Made by a program: the position numbers and the translations under genes
Shown: one piece after another, positions 36,913 to 50,727 of the stretch
Position numbering within the stretch: position 1 is the first letter of the stretch
How the letters are laid out: each line of letters opens with the position of its first letter
Source of the DNA: Guillardia theta CCMP2712
Lineage: Eukaryota > Protista > Cryptophyta
Assembly (NCBI RefSeq): GCF_000315625.1
Contig: NW_005434670.1
Location: forward strand, 883,165 to 947,164
Reading direction: 5' to 3'
Length of the DNA stretch: 64,000 nt
The notes under the pieces: model-generated
What the model saw: only the letters and a program-made list of their open reading frames with translations
What the model was told of the DNA's origin: nothing
The model's database searches: none

Positions 36913-37089
36913 AATTTTTCATGTCGATCAATCAAATGTCTGACGGCGTGATGATCATGTTAACTTACACTTAAACTGTCTCGCACAAAAATTGTATACA
37001 ACGGATTCAACCATTACATCTCACTTTTTGTACACCCTTGAGTGCCAGAGATGGTGAAAGTAGATATAAACTTACTTCAGACATGATAG

Positions 37090-38990
37090 GTAGTGCTGCG
37101 GGCTATTGAGGGCTGCTGGAGCCAAGGCATCACTGCCCAAACAGGTTCCAGGATGCAGGTTGGCTGGAGGGTGGCCAGCAAGGGAGGGGGGTCTTCAAAG
37201 ACAGGAACACTGGACGGATGGTGCGGTGTCAGCTCGAACTCAAAACCTCAAGATACTCAAAATGAATACAAGGAAAACTCCGTGTCCGGCAAGATTGAAG
37301 CCGCCAGAGAAGTCTGGAAGAACATCAACAGGGCGGCCTTGACCATGGGCTGCAGCAATTTTTCTACACTTATCCCCACTTCATCGCAGGGCCAGAGCAG
37401 TTCGAGCAATGATGCCCAAGGCTCGAAGACCTATCTTGAACGAGAATTTTCGATGGAAACTTGCGGGAATCGATCGAGCACGGTGGTTCGAAACAATCCA
37501 AGCAGTAATGGCTGGAGGACTATGAAGGTCGGAGGAACTAAGAAGGTTTGTTTGAGGATCCATCGTCTCCTGGCGTAACTTTTGTCTAAATAGGCCACCT
37601 ATTTCAGTAATGGGAAGCCGCTCAAACCAAAGCTGGCATTTGCCAAGAAGAACAAAACTCTTGCACTTCAAAAGAACAGCAAAAAAAAATGATGATTCCA
37701 CTATAAATTCCAATTGTATTCACAAGATTTCCAGTTCTAAGAGTGTAATCCATGTCTCTTTACATACGACGGCGTGAGTTGGACCGGAAGGAGGCTGTTG
37801 ATAGGCAGGGGATCATTACTGATTCGAGTAGAGTAAGAAACAAAGAAAGCAAACGATCAAGCAAACCTTATTTTCTTGAATTCTTTCTTGATAGGTGGTA
37901 CGCTTCCATTCGTCTGTGTCAAGGAGTCATTCTCATTGTGCGGAGCGTTCCAGACATGATGATGCACCTGAATAAATTCCTGGCGGGGAGTGCTCTCCTG
38001 GCTCAAACTGCTGAGTATGCTCTCAGACTGTCCTCTGTACCCGTCAGATTCTTTGAACCATATCCATGAGGATGTGTCTCTCTGGTCTTTGTGCACAACA
38101 TTCTGGTTTGCTTTCGTAGAGAATTCCGTTGTATATGAGTGATCTCTCATGGTATTCTTCTCAAGATTCGATTGACCTTCGAAAAGAAGCACAATCAGAT
38201 CCTAAAAGCGGGAAGAGTCGAAATCTGTACCTTCAATCTTCGAGGCCGTTTTCTCTTCGAATACTCCTGCGCAGCGTCAAGATCGAACAATGCATCGTGA
38301 GCAATCTACCTATGACATCAAGTTTCTTTCCGCTCTCTTTGCCACCCAGGAAGATAAGATCGCCCTTCTTCAATTTCGCGGACGAGTTGCTGAGATACAT
38401 GTCGTTCACTGAGCTCCCAGTTGCGGACTCGTCCAGCAGCTCGAAGAATCCTGCTGACTGGTTTACACCGGGACACCATTGGATCCTAGCATGGAACTTG
38501 GAGACGGTTTTGTGAGTTTTGTCCAGTACGATATCATTCTTTGAAGATCGTCCAATGGACACTCCATGAGAAGAGGAAAGGATTGCCCACACTTGCTGGC
38601 CATCTCCCAACAACAAGACCTTGGTCTGGCATCTATGTTTGTCCCGATTCTTGTCTTGGTCCTCGAGCACGTCTTGTGGCTGTCTTCGTTTTGGGTCGAT
38701 TACCCTTAGCTTGTTAATAGCATTGACAAAGTTGCTGGTCTGCTGAATCAATCGATCCCTGACGTCCGTGAAGTCTTGCCTACTTGCTTTCGAAGTTCCT
38801 CCCGTGCTATGAGCGGTATTTGCTTTTGACGTTCCTCCCGTGCTATGAGCTGCATTTGCTTTTGGAGGATCTCGGGGAGGCAAAGCTAGTCCGACGTCAA
38901 ACAATTCTCTGGCCCAGTCCTTGACCAAAAGCAGTCATTCACAGAATCAGGTTGTAAATTGCGACTTACTTGCTCACGATTACCATTCTG
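37090..38990 (-). CDS. FHA-domain protein (spliced; ends uncertain)
   Basis: VSIGRSSKNDIVL....VSKFHARI....LLDESATGSSVND....LKKGDLIFLG; 36-nt tandem repeat encoding KANxAHSTGGTS x2. Confidence 0.75.
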
Positions 38991-39819
38991 ATGGTTTGGT
39001 TGATACCTGGGCATTTTATAGCCTGGACAAAGCCTTTGAAAGAGCGAGTACTACTACAAAGAGAAAACGCTAGCAGGAGGGAGGTACTGCAGAGGAAAAG
39101 GAATGCAGAAGGCTCAAAGAGACGAGAAGGTGTGCAGAAGGGAGCTTGAAGGGAGAGGAAGGGTTATCAGCGAAGATTTGAGGGAGGCAGGGATGGAAGC
39201 AATGGAAGCGAAATCGATATACGGAAGAGTATCTATGATGACGGGTGGTTTTTTCTGCGTCCGCAAAACTGGGGTGGTCAGCTCCCCAACAAATGCAGGA
39301 GAGGGGATTGGGGGGGTACTCTTCAAGCTCAAGTAGGGGTGACCTGAAGTTTGGTTGGATACAACTGGGGGTAGTAGGGGTCGTTCCAAATTTGAAGGGT
39401 GGGGTCACTGATTCCGGAGGGGATATAAAAGTAATAATAGAAACGACCCCCTGCTCATGAAGCAGGTGGTAGGCACGGAGAAACTGTCTGTCTGTACCCC
39501 ATGTTCACACCGTTTCTTTATGGGTGGGGGTAGTTTATACCTCTAGTCTGTGACCTGTTGTATATCTCCGGCGCCTATCATATAACGACGGCGGCCCCCA
39601 GAAATAAGACCCCTCGCGAACTCCCACCCCCGGGCCCACCACCCCGCTTTATGGGCTGATGGCGGGTACCTTCGGGGGGCCCCGGTGCGGACTCTACCTA
39701 TCACTTTGGAGGCAAACAGACCGCTCCCACGTGACGTGGCATAATCAACCGTTGCAGTGGCAGTCGCAGACTCGTAGTAAATTGAAACACCCACCCCTTC
39801 AGTGTCAAGCCCGCCCCGA

Positions 39820-40080
39820 GATCGGGGGGGGATACCGTCTCAGCCGCGCCGCGCCATGATGCCAGGAAGTACGGTACCCAGTACTCACTGAAAGGGGGAC
39901 AGCAGAGAGTCACCAGGACCGGGGCGGCCCGGGCGGGCCGCCGGTCGCGGCCGTGCGGTAAAGGCTGGGCGGCGTGACTAGCCGCCGGAACTTTAGAACG
40001 GTTCTCAGTCTGGTCAGTGAGTCGCACTGACCAGGTACGCGACTGGCGAGACTCTTAGTTCAACGGTGTACAGTGCGACA
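39820..40080. other. GC-rich palindrome-scar island 4
   Basis: GTACGGTAC, AGAAC-G-GTTCT, 10-bp stem CTGGTCAGTG-agtcg-CACTGACCAG. Confidence 0.7.
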
Positions 40081-40129
40081 AGGACAAGGAACGAGAAGAT
40101 GTAACGCCGAGACTGCTAATCATTTTGTC

Positions 40130-41455
40130 ATGCTTGCGACGGTCTATCAGAGATAGTTCTCATGTTAACGGCGCGCCAGTTGCTCGAATTCCCAAACATT
40201 TCATGTAGCCAGGCTGACGCAAACCAATCAGTACCAACTTAAAGTCGGTAAGTGTAAAGATGCAGACCTTGAGCGGATCGCATGGTGACGACGAAGTTTG
40301 CCTTGAAAGCGCTTTCCTGCACGGGTGGGATCAGAGGATGCATGAAACGGGACTTCGCGTCTCATGGACCTGCAAGCTGCGGCGTCTTTTTGCTGAGAGC
40401 AGAAGTGATGCACCGTTGCCCAGTCTCCCCGTGTGGCTGCTTCTAACTCAAGATGTTATTCGAGGGCTTGCAGCTCCACACCTACACACCTGATGCCTTA
40501 GCCCATTGCAAGATGTTGATTTGCGTCCCTTGCTTGTGAGCGGTGGATCCCGATTCTCTAGACAGTTTTCGACGCACAAACTTGTTGAAGATATCAGCCT
40601 ATTGAAAGAGTCAAGATAGGAATGGATAAAACCGTGCAATCACAAAACCTCCTTCAGAGCCTGTTCGATCTTCAAATCATCGCTACTCTGTAATTTCTGT
40701 CCGGCCTTCACGGCACTTTTGTGAACCTTGTTTCGATCAGTCGTCGAAAATAACAAGCATGGCATTATTCTCACTTCAGGTGCGCGATGCAGTGCAGGCG
40801 GGTTGACGATCGCTGCCTGCTTGCTTGGCAGCGATTTGTGGGTGTCATGTTCAACCTTTCTCATCGCATTCCGTAGCTTTTTATCGAAGGCTTCTGCTGT
40901 TTTCATGATGTGTTGATATGTTCTGTCATCGCCTGCCGCCAGCTTCTGATATTTTTGAGACTTCATCAGGTCTGCTCTGGCTTTCTTGTCATATTTCTCA
41001 GCCTCCTTGTCAAGCTTGCTTTCATCAGACGCTGATTGGCTCATTTGGATCGTCTTTCGTTTGAGCTGCAACACGACGGTCAACACATGCAATCATGCGA
41101 TTTCACCTCTCACATGGTCAATGTTGCGCAACTTTGACATAGCATGGTCAATCAGCTCGAGATCATTCTTCAATCCCTCCGCTTTCCCTTTTGCTTCAGG
41201 CTCCGTCGTTCCGATTTTCTGTATTTGGCGTTTCATTACATGTTTCAGATCACGAATCGTGTGCAAAAGCTGATTTTCTCTTGCTTTCACAATTTTCTGA
41301 TCACGCAGACGTGTTTCCTCTGGTGTCAATTGGCTGATTTCATTGTGACCAAGGTCAGAAGATGGAGACGAGTTTCGATGAAATGTAGAGAGAACAAGAA
41401 ACAATAAAGCAACCGATCCGAGCGACAGCAAGATCGAGATGTGACGACCAGTCAT
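40130..41455 (-). CDS. Hypothetical signal-anchored coiled-coil protein (spliced; 3' end uncertain)
   Basis: MTGRHISILLSLGSVALLFLVLSTF then K/E-rich helical exons separated by ~50 nt GT-AG introns. Confidence 0.6.
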
Positions 41456-42412
41456 GTTACAGAGATCTCCAAGATTGCAGCGACTAGAGCCCTTCCATAT
41501 CCCCTGAACTGTGACGTCACGTTCAAAAATGACTTGGAGAAAACATACAAAAAGTAGCCATCAACACCAAGGAATGGTTTTGGCAAACATGGAAATATCT
41601 GATCATTGTTGCAAAAACACCATGCGCACATTCATTTTGAGTGACATCAATCACATGTCCAAATAGTAGTGATGCTTTCTAATAAAACGCATCATTCAAA
41701 TCGACAGTGCATACAAGATATCATGGCATTGTTTAGCCTCTGACATTTCATCTTTGCAATGGGTCTTCTTTCTTTACACATCAACACCATCATCAGTTCC
41801 CGTATACCTAAATATGCTTCAACAACCCTACTACTGCAGCGCATGCTCCATACAAAATGCACTTTCTCATGACCTGACACTACAAGGAGGCCAAGGAGTC
41901 AACTACCCTCCTCATTCATTGATGATTCTTGTCATCTCCATGGTTTTCTTCGATCCTCTCCTCTCCTACCTCTCCTGCTCTCTCTCCATTTGCTCCCCTC
42001 ATTCCCTCTAGTGCCTTCTATACAACAAGTCCGGCCATGCCCCTTCGCCACGCAACGACCGTTGCATGTCTGAAACGGATATTGGGAATGTTGATACCGT
42101 TGCAATGATAACGCTTTTCAAATACCTACAACCGTACAACATGACGTTACAACGGTTTCGAAATTCGTTATAACAACGTTACACGCCATTTGAATTGAGA
42201 GGGGTACTCTACCCCTTTGATTGCTGTACAAGGCAGGGGTAGTCAGGGACAGGCAGTCTCCAACGCACAGCCATGCCAACTGGTTGCAGTGGCCGAAGGA
42301 AAGAAGGAAGAGGAGGAAGAGGAGGAAGATGAAATCGGAGGAAGGAAGAGGTGAATAGAAACAGACGTGTTGGCCACAGAGTCGAAGAGCTACATATACG
42401 CACACGGAAAAC

Positions 42413-44924
42413 ATGTCGTCAGGTCAGCACGATACTTACTTCATTGTGGATCGACTCCGCGAGTATGGCTTCGAGGAGGACTTGTCCCTTGTAACATTCG
42501 ACGAGAAATCGCCCACAGAGCTGTTGGAGCTGCTGAATGATGTTCTTAAAAACTTGTCCTCGGAACACGACGTCGATGTAAGGAATGAGGGGATTGAAAA
42601 TACAGCAATGAGAATCTTCAGGACGTTTGCGATCCTCAAGTTTGACTATCAGGGTGATCCTCAACAACTCCAGAACAGTTTGCAGTCTGGAGATAGAGAA
42701 TTGTTCTACCCTCTGCTATCTCACATCCTCTCTAAACTTCCGGATCTTCGCAAGAGAGCCTACCTTGCAAAGTTCTTGACTCCCATTGATGTCCCGGAAG
42801 AGATGTTCGCCGATCCTGATATCATGGAGAAGTTTCAGCAGTATAAAGATCTCCAGGAGCAGTTCAAGATCACTCACAAGGAAACTGAGCGGATCCGAGG
42901 CACGAGTTTGCAGCCGACCGAGTTGAAGCGAGAGGTTTCACAGTTGGAGGAAGAGAAAAGCCAGCTCAAGACGAAGATCAACAAGTTAGAGCAGCGCCTG
43001 AAGAAGAACGAGAACTTCAACGAACTCTACGAAGTGACGTCAAAGCTGAGGAAAGAGCAGGAGGTTGAGGTGAAGCTTGCTGAGCAGCTGATGGAGCGTG
43101 AGATGAGTCTCAAGCAAGAGGAGAACCGTTACTTCCAAGCCAAGAAGAAGCTGCAAGACCTTCAGTTGGCAGCTTCGAACAACAGCAGCGGAGAAGAACT
43201 CCTTCAAAAGCTCAAAGAGGACGTGGAGATGACTCAAAACTACTGCAAAGGCAAGCTGCCAGAGGACATCAAGCAGAAAGAAACACGTCTTGTGCAGGTG
43301 CAACAGGTGCTCAACAGGCCGCCTGTGACAGACAGGGACATCGAGCGCGAGCAGAGTGAGATCCATCAACTGAACATGGCGATAGAGGAGCTACAGGAGA
43401 GGCAGCGGAGGACGCAGAAAACAGGCGATGACAAGCTCTCAATGTTCAGAAACCAGGCGCTCCTCGTGAGCCGAAAGAAGGCCGATGCGATGGAGCGACT
43501 GCAGATGTTGAAGGAGGAGCTGAAGGACGCAGAGAAGGAGCTGAACGAGAAGAGGGAGAAGATGGGTCACAAGCCGGTCGACATTCTCAAGGTGCGGAGA
43601 TGTCGCTCCGTCTCAAGCTGACCGCGGTGTGCCAGGGAGACGACCTGCTCAAGTACGGAGAAAGCCTCAAGGGCAAAGTGAAGGTGCGGAGAGCGGCGCC
43701 ATGTGAGCTCTCGTGGCTGATGTGCCGTGGTGGCAGGTGTTCAAGAAGAAGAAAGGAGAGCTGTCAAGCATCGTTGCGGAGAGAGGAATTCTTGCTAGGA
43801 CGGAGGACATCCTGAAGACCCGGCACGGAGACCAGACAGAGTTCCTGGCCTCCCTCGAGCGCCAGCGGGGAGTGGAAGGAGCGTTCGATCTGCAGAGCAA
43901 GCTAGAGGAGGTGCGTGGAGGAATCGGCGGATAACACCAGTGATCCCCACTCCGACAGGTTTCGGAGAAGACGGCGGAGGTGAACAAGGAGAAAGAAGTC
44001 TCGCTGGAAGAGATCTCAAGGAGGGTCACTGAGATCAACAACACGATCAAGGAGAAGAAAAACGTCTTGGGTGAGTGGTAGGAGGAGGAGAACCGAAGCC
44101 GCTCAACTGTTCTGCAGCTCCACTCATCAAGGAGTTGAGGCAAGTACGGGCTGACTTCACCCAGCTGGAGACAGAGTACAACGACAAGAAGAAGACCTAT
44201 GAAAACACTGCAGTCGGTGATGAAGCAGCCACGCTGCCCTGTTCACGTTGTAAGCCTCCTCCCAGGGCTGGATGCGGAGAGAGACAAGCTGCTCACTGAA
44301 GTGACGGCGTACTACGAAGACTGCAAGAGGGAAGAGAGCAGGTGAGAAGTGAGGGAGGTCGAGGACGACGTGATGAAGTTGTATGGAAGGTTCCACTACC
44401 TCAATGCCATGATCAACTCTACCAAGATCACGTTGGATAGGGCGCGCCTCGAAGAGCAAGGTGACTCATTTCTGTCCTGCCGTGCGGAGCTGAATGCATG
44501 CTGCAGGTAAGAACCGCATCGGAGACGCAGGACAGTCGTATAGAGAGCTCTACCAAAGTCGCATCCAACAGCAGGAGAACTTGTCCAAGGTGAGGAGGAG
44601 GATCGTGGAGGTGGCTGTCGGAATATTGCCTGGTAGAGGAGGAGGAGGAGAAAGATGCTGAGACGTTGCGCAGAAACTGCGAGAGACGCAGAAGCTGGTG
44701 AAGGAGAATCACGACGTGAACCTCGAGCAAGCCAACATGTTCCGCGATCTACGGAAGATCCTGGCGTTCAAACTCAAGGTCCTGCGCACAGAAGTGTCAG
44801 GTGAGACGGAGGAGGGAGGAGAGAAGGACAACAGAGAAGGACGAAGAAGGAGGCAGATGTTTCTGACGATGATATAGGGGAGAGCGGGGTCCCAGGAGGA
44901 ACGAACCATTTGATCATGGACTAA
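42413..44924 (+). CDS. IFT81: Intraflagellar transport protein 81
   Basis: CH-like N-terminus FIVDRL..LSLVTFDEKSPTELLELLNDV, LRKRAYLAKFLTPIDVPEE, FKITHKE, DDKLSMFRNQA, LAPLIKELRQVR; ends TNHLIMD*. Confidence 0.96.
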
Positions 44925-45092
44925 AAGTTGTTGTGTCAAGCTATTTCATTAAAAGTTCCTTCCGAAAAGCAAGTCCTGTGTCTTGTTGCGTGTATGCCAC
45001 CGTGATATCACCTCCCACTCCCCCTCCCTCCCCCCCTCTCTCCACCAGCCTGCCCTTTGCTTTCCCTCTTGCAGACCATGATGGGTTCTCTT

Positions 45093-46792
45093 CTATGTGA
45101 CGTGCTCCAGAGCACTCAGCATAAACCTGCTGAGTCGTCAGCTATGACCCAGCTGCTCTTCTCCTACTTGTGCTTGCAGATGCCGGACGCCTCCTTGACA
45201 GGTACCCAGTGCCTCTGCCTGTTCCCCTCTGCCCTGTAGTCTTCATCATGTCCTTTTCTCCTCCATTCTCCTCGTCTTCCTCCAGATCTCCTACCATACA
45301 GCACGCTCTTCAACGCAGGTGGCTTGGAAGAAACAAACCTGCCACATCCTCATTTGATGAACAACAAACAGTGATCGTCACGGCCAAGACCTTGGGGGAA
45401 GCGTTCGCCGTGTTGTTCTTGTCCTCTCCTTTCTTACTGTCATACAAGAACCAACCTACAGTCCCCGTATCAGAGTTTGTTTCCCCGCTTTTTCCACGTC
45501 AGGAGCAGCTACCCAAGTTGCGAACGAGCTTGACGACGACACCAGCTTCCTGCTCGATTCTGGTCACTTCCTTGATCCAGGAGAGGATCTCAGACCTCAA
45601 GGGTTTCACGCACAGCAGCTTGTTCCAACGTCTCGTCAATCTCCCAACCGCTGTCATTGATTCACGTCACCACCACCACCTCCACCACCTCCTCCATCAT
45701 CACAATCACCATGAACATCATTACAGCTATCCTCCTTCTTATCATCAGCATGATCATCATCTCCATCATCAGCTTCATCTTCATCTCGATCTCAATCTTG
45801 ATCCATAATCATAATCATGATCATGATCATGAGCAGCAGCAGCAGCAACAACAACACGAACCCTTTGGGAAAGATGAACTTCGATGGATCCTTGGTGGAC
45901 GATATCATGAGGCATTCTTTCTCGCCCCTCGTCTACAGCAGCAGCACCTCAGCACCCGACGTCCTTGAGTCCTTTCCCTGCTCACCTCTCTTACAACTAT
46001 GCATCCCGCCACCAGCCTCCTCCCCTCCTCGTCGTATCTCTGGTTCTCTCTTCCTTGCCTGGCTGGGATCACAGTGTCTCCCCCGTTCATGCTTGCGCTG
46101 CTTCAAGACCCGAGGGTCAAGACAACGACCCCGGGGAGTCTCCGACTCTACTTGCCAGCCCCTTGATCGACTTGCTAGCTCAACCGGCTGACTTCCAGCT
46201 GTCGTGATAAATGCATCTTTGATACAAACTGGGATGATAACAGCTAAGATCAATGTCAGTTCGCCGATGTTATAATGCTCGCTACACCCTCATCGATGAT
46301 TGTACCAGCCAACTAAATCCAATCTCGCGTTCTGTTCTCGTCTTCTTCCCGTCTTCGTCGTTGCCTCTAAGTTGAGCGCGAGCACTCCATCGATCGTCTC
46401 TTCCTTGCATCTCTCTCAAACTCTGTTCATCTCTATCTCTCTCCTTCTCGCTTCTCCCTCCTTCTCTCTCCTTCCCCTCCTCTCTCCTTCTCTTCTCCCT
46501 CCTCCCTCCTCCTCTCCCCTTTCCCTCCTCTCTCCTTCTCTCTTCTTCCTTCTCTCTCCTTCTCTCTTCTCCCTTCTCTCTCCTTCTCTCTTCTCCCTTC
46601 TCTCTCCTTCTCGCTTCCCCTTCTCTCTCCTTCTCTCTTCTTCCTTCTCTCTCCTTCTCCCTTCTCCCTTCTCTCTCCTTCTCTCTTCTCCCTTCTCTCT
46701 CCTTCTCTCTTCCTCCTCCTCTTTCCTCCCTCCCTGCTGAGAACTTGGCCTCCATGACACACTTTCGGTGGCTCTGAGGCGGGTTCAGTCAT
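45093..46792 (-). CDS. Diphosphoinositol-polyphosphate diphosphatase-like Nudix hydrolase (DIPP/Ddp1 family)
   Basis: ARQGRENQRYDEEGRRLVAGCI, LMISS..FIFPKG|GWEIDETLEQAAVRETLE|EAGV Nudix box, RQRHWVPVKEA. Confidence 0.88.
46430..46735. repeat. ~21-nt CT-rich minisatellite (intronic)
   Basis: Tandem CTCTCCTTCTCTCTTCTCCCT-like units. Confidence 0.85.
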
Positions 46793-46993
46793 CCCATGCC
46801 CGCCTCATGTTGACGCCATCGAGCCACCAACAAAGGGAACCACCCCACCAATTGAAAATTTTAAATTTACCACCCCTTCTGTGAGTACCCCTACCCTCTA
46901 TATGAGCAACTTTTGTGTTGTTTCTTCATTGTTCATACCACCCCCACCCCCATCAATCACCCACCAGCACCGCAACGGCAAAGGGAGTAAGGT

Positions 46994-48402
46994 ATGGCGA
47001 AACGAGGGCGAGCAGCAGGGGGAGATGGCGAGAAGAAGGAGGAAACAGACGACTTGAAACATGCCCAGCGAGATGGTTCCAATGGAGCGCTGAAAGATGC
47101 TACCAAGGATGGAGAGCAGAACGATCTCGATGCAAGTGAGCGCGGACAAAGGACCTCCCGTACACGAACGAAGACGAATTTCTTTGCCATGCACCGGAGC
47201 ACAGAGTCCCCCCCCTCATCAGTGAGGTCCTCTCCATCAAAGAAGAAGAAACTTCAGCAGAAGAGGTCTGGCAACAGCAAGAGCAACAGTAAGAAGAAGA
47301 AGAGCGGTGAACATTGCGACCAGTCGACACCTTCGAAGTCGAGAAGCAAGAAGGGACCAGACGAGTCAGCATCGTCCTCCCTCCCCAACGTTGCTGGATC
47401 AGACTCTGACGTGAGTGGGGAGATCACAAATGATTCTGTATCAGCGTCGGGTGAAGATGATGGGGAAGAGGAGGACCCTGTATGCCATGTCTGCAAGCGC
47501 AGCGACATGGAGAAGGATATGCTGCTGTGCGACGATTGCGACAGAGGATGGCACATGCACTGCCTGCGGCCTCCTCTGAAGGAGGTTCCGGAGGGCAACT
47601 GGTCTTGTCCCAAGTGCAGAGCCAAGAGATTCTACGAGGAGCTCGAGAGGAAGCAACGAGGGAGCGGGGAGATCTTGACAGAGGAGGATGTAGCCGTGCC
47701 TTGTCACGTCCCCGAGTCCGACTTGTCCCGCCTCGGCCCTCTCCAGCACAGCTGGAAGTTTGCTGAGCTGGGTCACTTCATCAGCTCGTTCGGGGTCGAG
47801 CTGGGCCTGCGGGAGGTCCGCGAGGGCTACGATCTTTGCGGCCTTGCGGAGGAGATTTGCAGAGACGACTCCTCCTCGCACCCGCTGCTGGCCAGCCTGC
47901 ACGTGAAGCTGCTGGCAGGCAGCGGCCTGTCCAAGTCGCTGCCCTTGGACGAGAGCTCGTGGGGCTGCTGGCTGGCCAAGTGGCTGAACAGGAAGCGGCG
48001 GGTCGCGCAGAGCCATGACCAGAAGGATTCTGAGGTCTTGAGGACGTTCGAGCTGAAGGAGGACGAGAATTGTGCTGGGGGCTCGACGTACAACTTTCTG
48101 AGCCCCGAGCAGAAGGTCGAGCTTCTTCTGCTGCTCTGCTGCGAGAAGCTGGAGGGGAAGGGCGACTTGATGGAGCAGGTGAAGAGGCTGGACGACGACG
48201 TCGAGAGCGACGTGTCGGGGTGCGACGAGCCGGAGGCGATCACAGTGAAGGGTGCAGGAGGAGTCAGCGAACGATTGAGACCGACGGTCATGGCAAGGGA
48301 TTCAGCAGGAGGCGGCTACTGGGACCTTGGTGGGGAGGCTCCCGAGGGATGTAACTGCTTTGTGTTCAGAGGCTGTTGCTTGAGGGGCCATGGAGGAGGA
48401 GA

Positions 48403-48434
<32 letters not shown>

Positions 48435-50503
48435 GAGGAGGAGAGGTGAACGGGATGGAGGAAGAGGCGGACGACGCTAGTTCAGTGTCGAGCCATGGGA
48501 CATTCTTCGAGGAAGAGGATGCAAACGTGGAGTGCTGCGTGTGCCAGAGCCCTGGAGACGCTTCTCGCCTGCTGCTCTGCGACGACTGTGACGACGGATA
48601 CCACATCTACTGCCTCGACCCTCCCCTCAAGCGTATCCCCCATGGTACCTGGTCCTGCCCCGGATGCGACCGGACGGGAGGGCAGAAGGCGAAGGGGAGG
48701 AGGAGAGTTGTTCCTGGGGTGGAGCAGAAGCTTGCGAGGGTGAAAGTCTCGATGACGGTGGGGAAGCTCTTGTTCCAGCGGGTGGTGGTGAGGCGGCCGA
48801 TAAGGGCGAAGACAGGGAGGAGGGAGTTCGACGTGCACTACGTGTGGAAGGAGGAGGAAGGGGGGAGGTCGTCGAGGACAAGCTGCGTGCTGAGAAGCCT
48901 CTCGGAGGTCCACCGACTGCTGAACTTGCGATCTATCAACGCGAGTGATTATCTGGACCAGTTCGACTTTTCAAATTGTTATGGTGAGGAGGAGGTTGAG
49001 GAGGAGGAGGAGTGCGAGGATAACGATGCGCAGACAAGAGGGGCAAGCTTACGGGCTACGGGAGGGAGAAGATGGAGAAGATGGAGATGAAGGTCAAGAA
49101 GGAAGAGAAGGGAAGGCAGAACGTCTTTCCGAAGAATTCCGACCCTCATGTCCGATGGAGCACGCTCTGTGTTGATGAAGACGGCCTTGTGGTGAGGAGG
49201 TGGACGAGGAAGGGGAGCAGGAGGAAGAGAGTTGGATGAGAAGGGTGGAGGGGGAAGTTAGCTGAGGACGGAGGAGAGAGATTTATCTCCGGATGTGCTC
49301 TGATGTTGACTGAGAGCAGGGGCTGAAGGAGGAGCTGAGCAGGAGAGGAGGAGAGGAGCTCTTGAGGTCTGCCTGTGCCTGTGGGATGTTTCTTGATGCC
49401 TCACCCGCTCATGCTCAGCGTCGCCAAGTCGATGGAGGACAAGGTCTTCCGCCTGCAAGAGAAGAAGAGGATCTTGGAGTAGGACGGAGATGGCTGCAGC
49501 CGCCTGCTGAGATTCTTGTGCAGGGCCAGGGCAGAGCGAGGCAAGATGAGGGAGGAGGAGAGGGCGAAGAGGAAGCAGCGGCTGCTGCGCAAGCTGGAGA
49601 CTTCGGTGTCCAGCTCCAACATCTTGGAGAGACGAAGGAAGAGGCAACGTGTCAACTACGCAGAAAATGTCGGGGAGGGGAGAGGAGGGTAAGGCAGGGG
49701 AGGCCTGACGGTTGCGGCAGATGGAGGATGGGGCGTCGGAGAGCGCGGGCGAGCCGGAGTCAGAGAGAGAAAGCTGGAGCGATTCGAGGGGGGGGAGCGA
49801 GGGGAGTGATGAAGGAGGAGGCGACAGCAGGAGGATGAAGACTAGGACTAGAAGAGTGGAGAGTGGTGTGAGAGAGGAGGAAGGCAGAAGGACGCGAGGT
49901 AGAGCCAGAGCACAGAGCGACGAAAGTGGGGAGGACGAGGAATGGTCGGGTGCAAGGAGGAGCAGGAGGATCGTACGAGGGAGCTCAGAGAGCGGAGAGG
50001 AAGAGTACTCTACGAGAAGAGGAAGGAGGAGGACAAGAGGAGAGATCTCTGAAAGCGAGGCAGACTCCGAAGGGTCGGGGAGGAGAGGCAGGAGGGCACG
50101 AGGGAGTGGCTCGTACAAGGAAAGTTCGCTGAGTGAAGAGGAGGAGGAGAAGCCGAGGAAGGGAAGGGCGGGCAGGAGGAGGAAGAGCTCATCAAGTGAA
50201 GGATCTGGGGGTCCAGCACGTGGGAGAGCGGGGAGGGCCCGTCGCAAGGTGGAGGAGAGCGACTCGGCAGAGAGCAGCGTGTCATGGCAAAGCGGAGCCA
50301 GTGGAGGGGAGGAGGACCGGGAGGAAGAAGGTGAAAGGGAGCAGGAGCAGGTGAGGGAGCAGGAGCAGGGGCAAGAGCAGGATGTGAAAGACCAAGACAT
50401 GGAAGTAGAAGCCGGGATAGAGGTCACAGGAGGAGAGGAGGGGATGGTGATCGAGAGACAGGGCGGTGAGGAGGAGATTTTGCAAATGAATGAAGAGCAA
50501 TGA
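46994..50503 (+). CDS. PHD-DDT-WHIM-PHD-MBD-like chromatin factor (RSF1/BAZ/MBD9-like ISWI partner)
   Basis: Two PHD fingers ([34 protein letters not shown]; [29 protein letters not shown]), DDT-like [24 protein letters not shown]1 [25 protein letters not shown]-like DVHY..LRSLSEV. Confidence 0.82.
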
Positions 50504-50727
50504 GAATGGGAGAGGAAGAGCAGCGGGACAACGTGGAATCCTGTAACCTGATGGTGGGAGTTTGAGGATTTTCCGACGAGTTGTTTTGAGTGAATGAATT
50601 TTGAACGAGATGAAGATTCTGGCTCCCTCCTCGCATCCTCTCAAGTCTGTTCGACCCCCTTGACCAAGTTCTTGCGATTCCTGCCAACAACAAGCATCAG
50701 GTGCAGGAGCAGCAAATACTTGCCATC

